A DNA stretch of 64,000 nucleotides from Macrostomum lignano (Eukaryota), in the NCBI GenBank assembly GCA_002269645.1, contig NIVC01000382.1, positions 434,001-498,000 on the forward strand, written 5' to 3'. Each line of letters starts with the position of its first letter. Positions within the stretch are counted from its first letter, which is position 1. The notes under the pieces are model-generated. The model had not been told where the DNA came from, ran no database searches, and was given only the letters and a program-made list of their open reading frames with translations. Both the position numbers and the translations under genes were made by a program. Below, in pieces: positions 62,674 through 64,000 of the stretch.

Positions 62674-64000
62674 ATGGAAACAGACGTTATCAAGCGTGAT
62701 CCGATTTTTTCGACGAGCACAAATCAAATAACTTCGTCTTCTCCGCTCGAACAGTCCGATCTACCAAAGCTAGATTCAGACTCTACGACTTCTGCTGCTG
62801 TGCCAACATCGTATTTGCCTGCAGTTGATCGGAAACAGAAAAAGCAAATGCCGCCTGTACAAGACCGAAAACGCGATCTTTCGCCACAGGTATGCAATTG
62901 TCTACCCGAGGCCATGGTCTCGACCGACTCTCCGCCAGCCTATCGCCATCTTGGCGCTGCGTCTACTGTCCAAGAGCTGCGTTGCCGCCTAGAAACCAGT
63001 CTCTGCCTGCAGCCTGCATCGCTGCGTATTGAAACTGTGATGCCAAGTGAGCGCGAGGGGGCCACGGAGAGAGGCTGCCCTGCAGCTAAATGGGTGCTAC
63101 GTCGAACCGGTGAACAAGAGAAGTTTCTAGCCCTGGTCAGAGTTCGCCAGGGTCACGCATGCCCACAGCCGTAATCGTTGTTGCTTTGGTTAGCTGGGAG
63201 GGCCTCCCCAGAGAATTAGCTGATCGCGCATTCGATTATTTATCCGGCGAGCTCCCACACCAGGGCATCCCAATCGAACGTCGGTGCGCTGCAAACGAGA
63301 GCCGCACCTGCGGTTGCCAAGGATTCGATGATGCCACCTGCGGCGCTTCTTATAGCTTCGGCTGCTCATGGAGTATGTTTCATAACGCCTGTAAGTTCGC
63401 TCGCACCCGAGAGCAGGCCAGAAAGTTTCGCCTACGCTCGCTGGACGCCGAAACTGAATTGGCCTGCAGACTTAACTGTCTCGCTGACGTAGCTGGCCGA
63501 GTGCTCGAAGCCGCAGCGCCCGAGGCTTTTCAAGCGCAAGTGCAGGACTCGCAGCTGGCCGCCGACTGCCGTCTCGGCTGCAATGCGCCGCCAGATAAGC
63601 GACCGTTTAGCGGAGTTACAGCCTGCATTGACTTCTGCATGCACGCGCATAAGGACACGTTCGCACTAGACGGAGGCTGCAACGTGGTGGTGACTCTCAC
63701 CTCCAGTCGATCGACTGACGAGCAGCTGCACGTGCTGCCGGGATACATGCCCGGCGAAGTGGACGAATTCGGCTCAGAGGTCGGCCAGCGCGAGAGAATA
63801 ACTAATGGTGCCATCCAAGAACTACGACATGTCAACTTGGTGACACGGGTTCGCGGATCTCCGATGGCCCCCTGCGCTGTTAGAAAGAAGATAAAGAAGT
63901 CGGCACAGCAGCAAGTACAGCAGAAGCCACAGCAGGGTGCACAGAAGCAACTTCACAACCAGAAGGCTGGAAAAGCTGTCACGTCTAAGGAAGAGCATTC
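62674..64000 (+). CDS. TET: TET-family methylcytosine dioxygenase (Cys-rich region plus start of the DSBH domain); runs off the window end; apparent 1-nt frameshift at ~63163
   Basis: Frame 1: CNC...AYRHLGAA...LRIE...GCPAAKWVLRR...EKFLALVRVRQGHAC. After a 1-nt shift the frame is open to 64000: TAVIVVALVSWEGLP...RRCAANESRTCGCQG...CGASYSFGCSWSMFHNACKFAR...RPFSGVTACIDFCMHAHKD...DEQLHVLPGY...VDEFGS. These match hallmark TET motifs, including the Fe(II)-binding HxD at 63648-63656. Confidence 0.93.

Overview
Gene-dense, repeat-rich window from an invertebrate animal genome, with spliceosomal GT-AG introns and many micro- and minisatellites. A lophotrochozoan such as a Macrostomum-like flatworm is inferred from style, not proven. 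Genes reconstructed by hand, left to right: PRPF38B splicing factor (+); a NIT-domain membrane guanylyl cyclase without a kinase-homology domain (-); an SLC7/LAT-type amino-acid transporter with a 1-nt frameshift (-); a C-type-lectin-like type I membrane protein (-); a giant twitchin/unc-22 Ig-Fn3-kinase gene (-), whose introns hold two opposite-strand genes (a small mucin-like membrane protein and a ~750-aa multi-ubiquitin-like-domain protein); and an intronless TET-family dioxygenase (+) that runs off the right edge and also has a 1-nt frameshift. Two tRNA-derived SINE families (one CORE-like), a LINE 3' remnant, a MITE and many tandem arrays are present. Standout signals: a sharply bounded, strongly CpG-depleted and TpA-rich block at 1-4.8 kb, the compact TET gene missed by the ORF track, the nested multi-UBL gene, the NIT-GC, and introns expanded by distinct satellites that often abut or mimic splice sites. 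All exon coordinates are manual.
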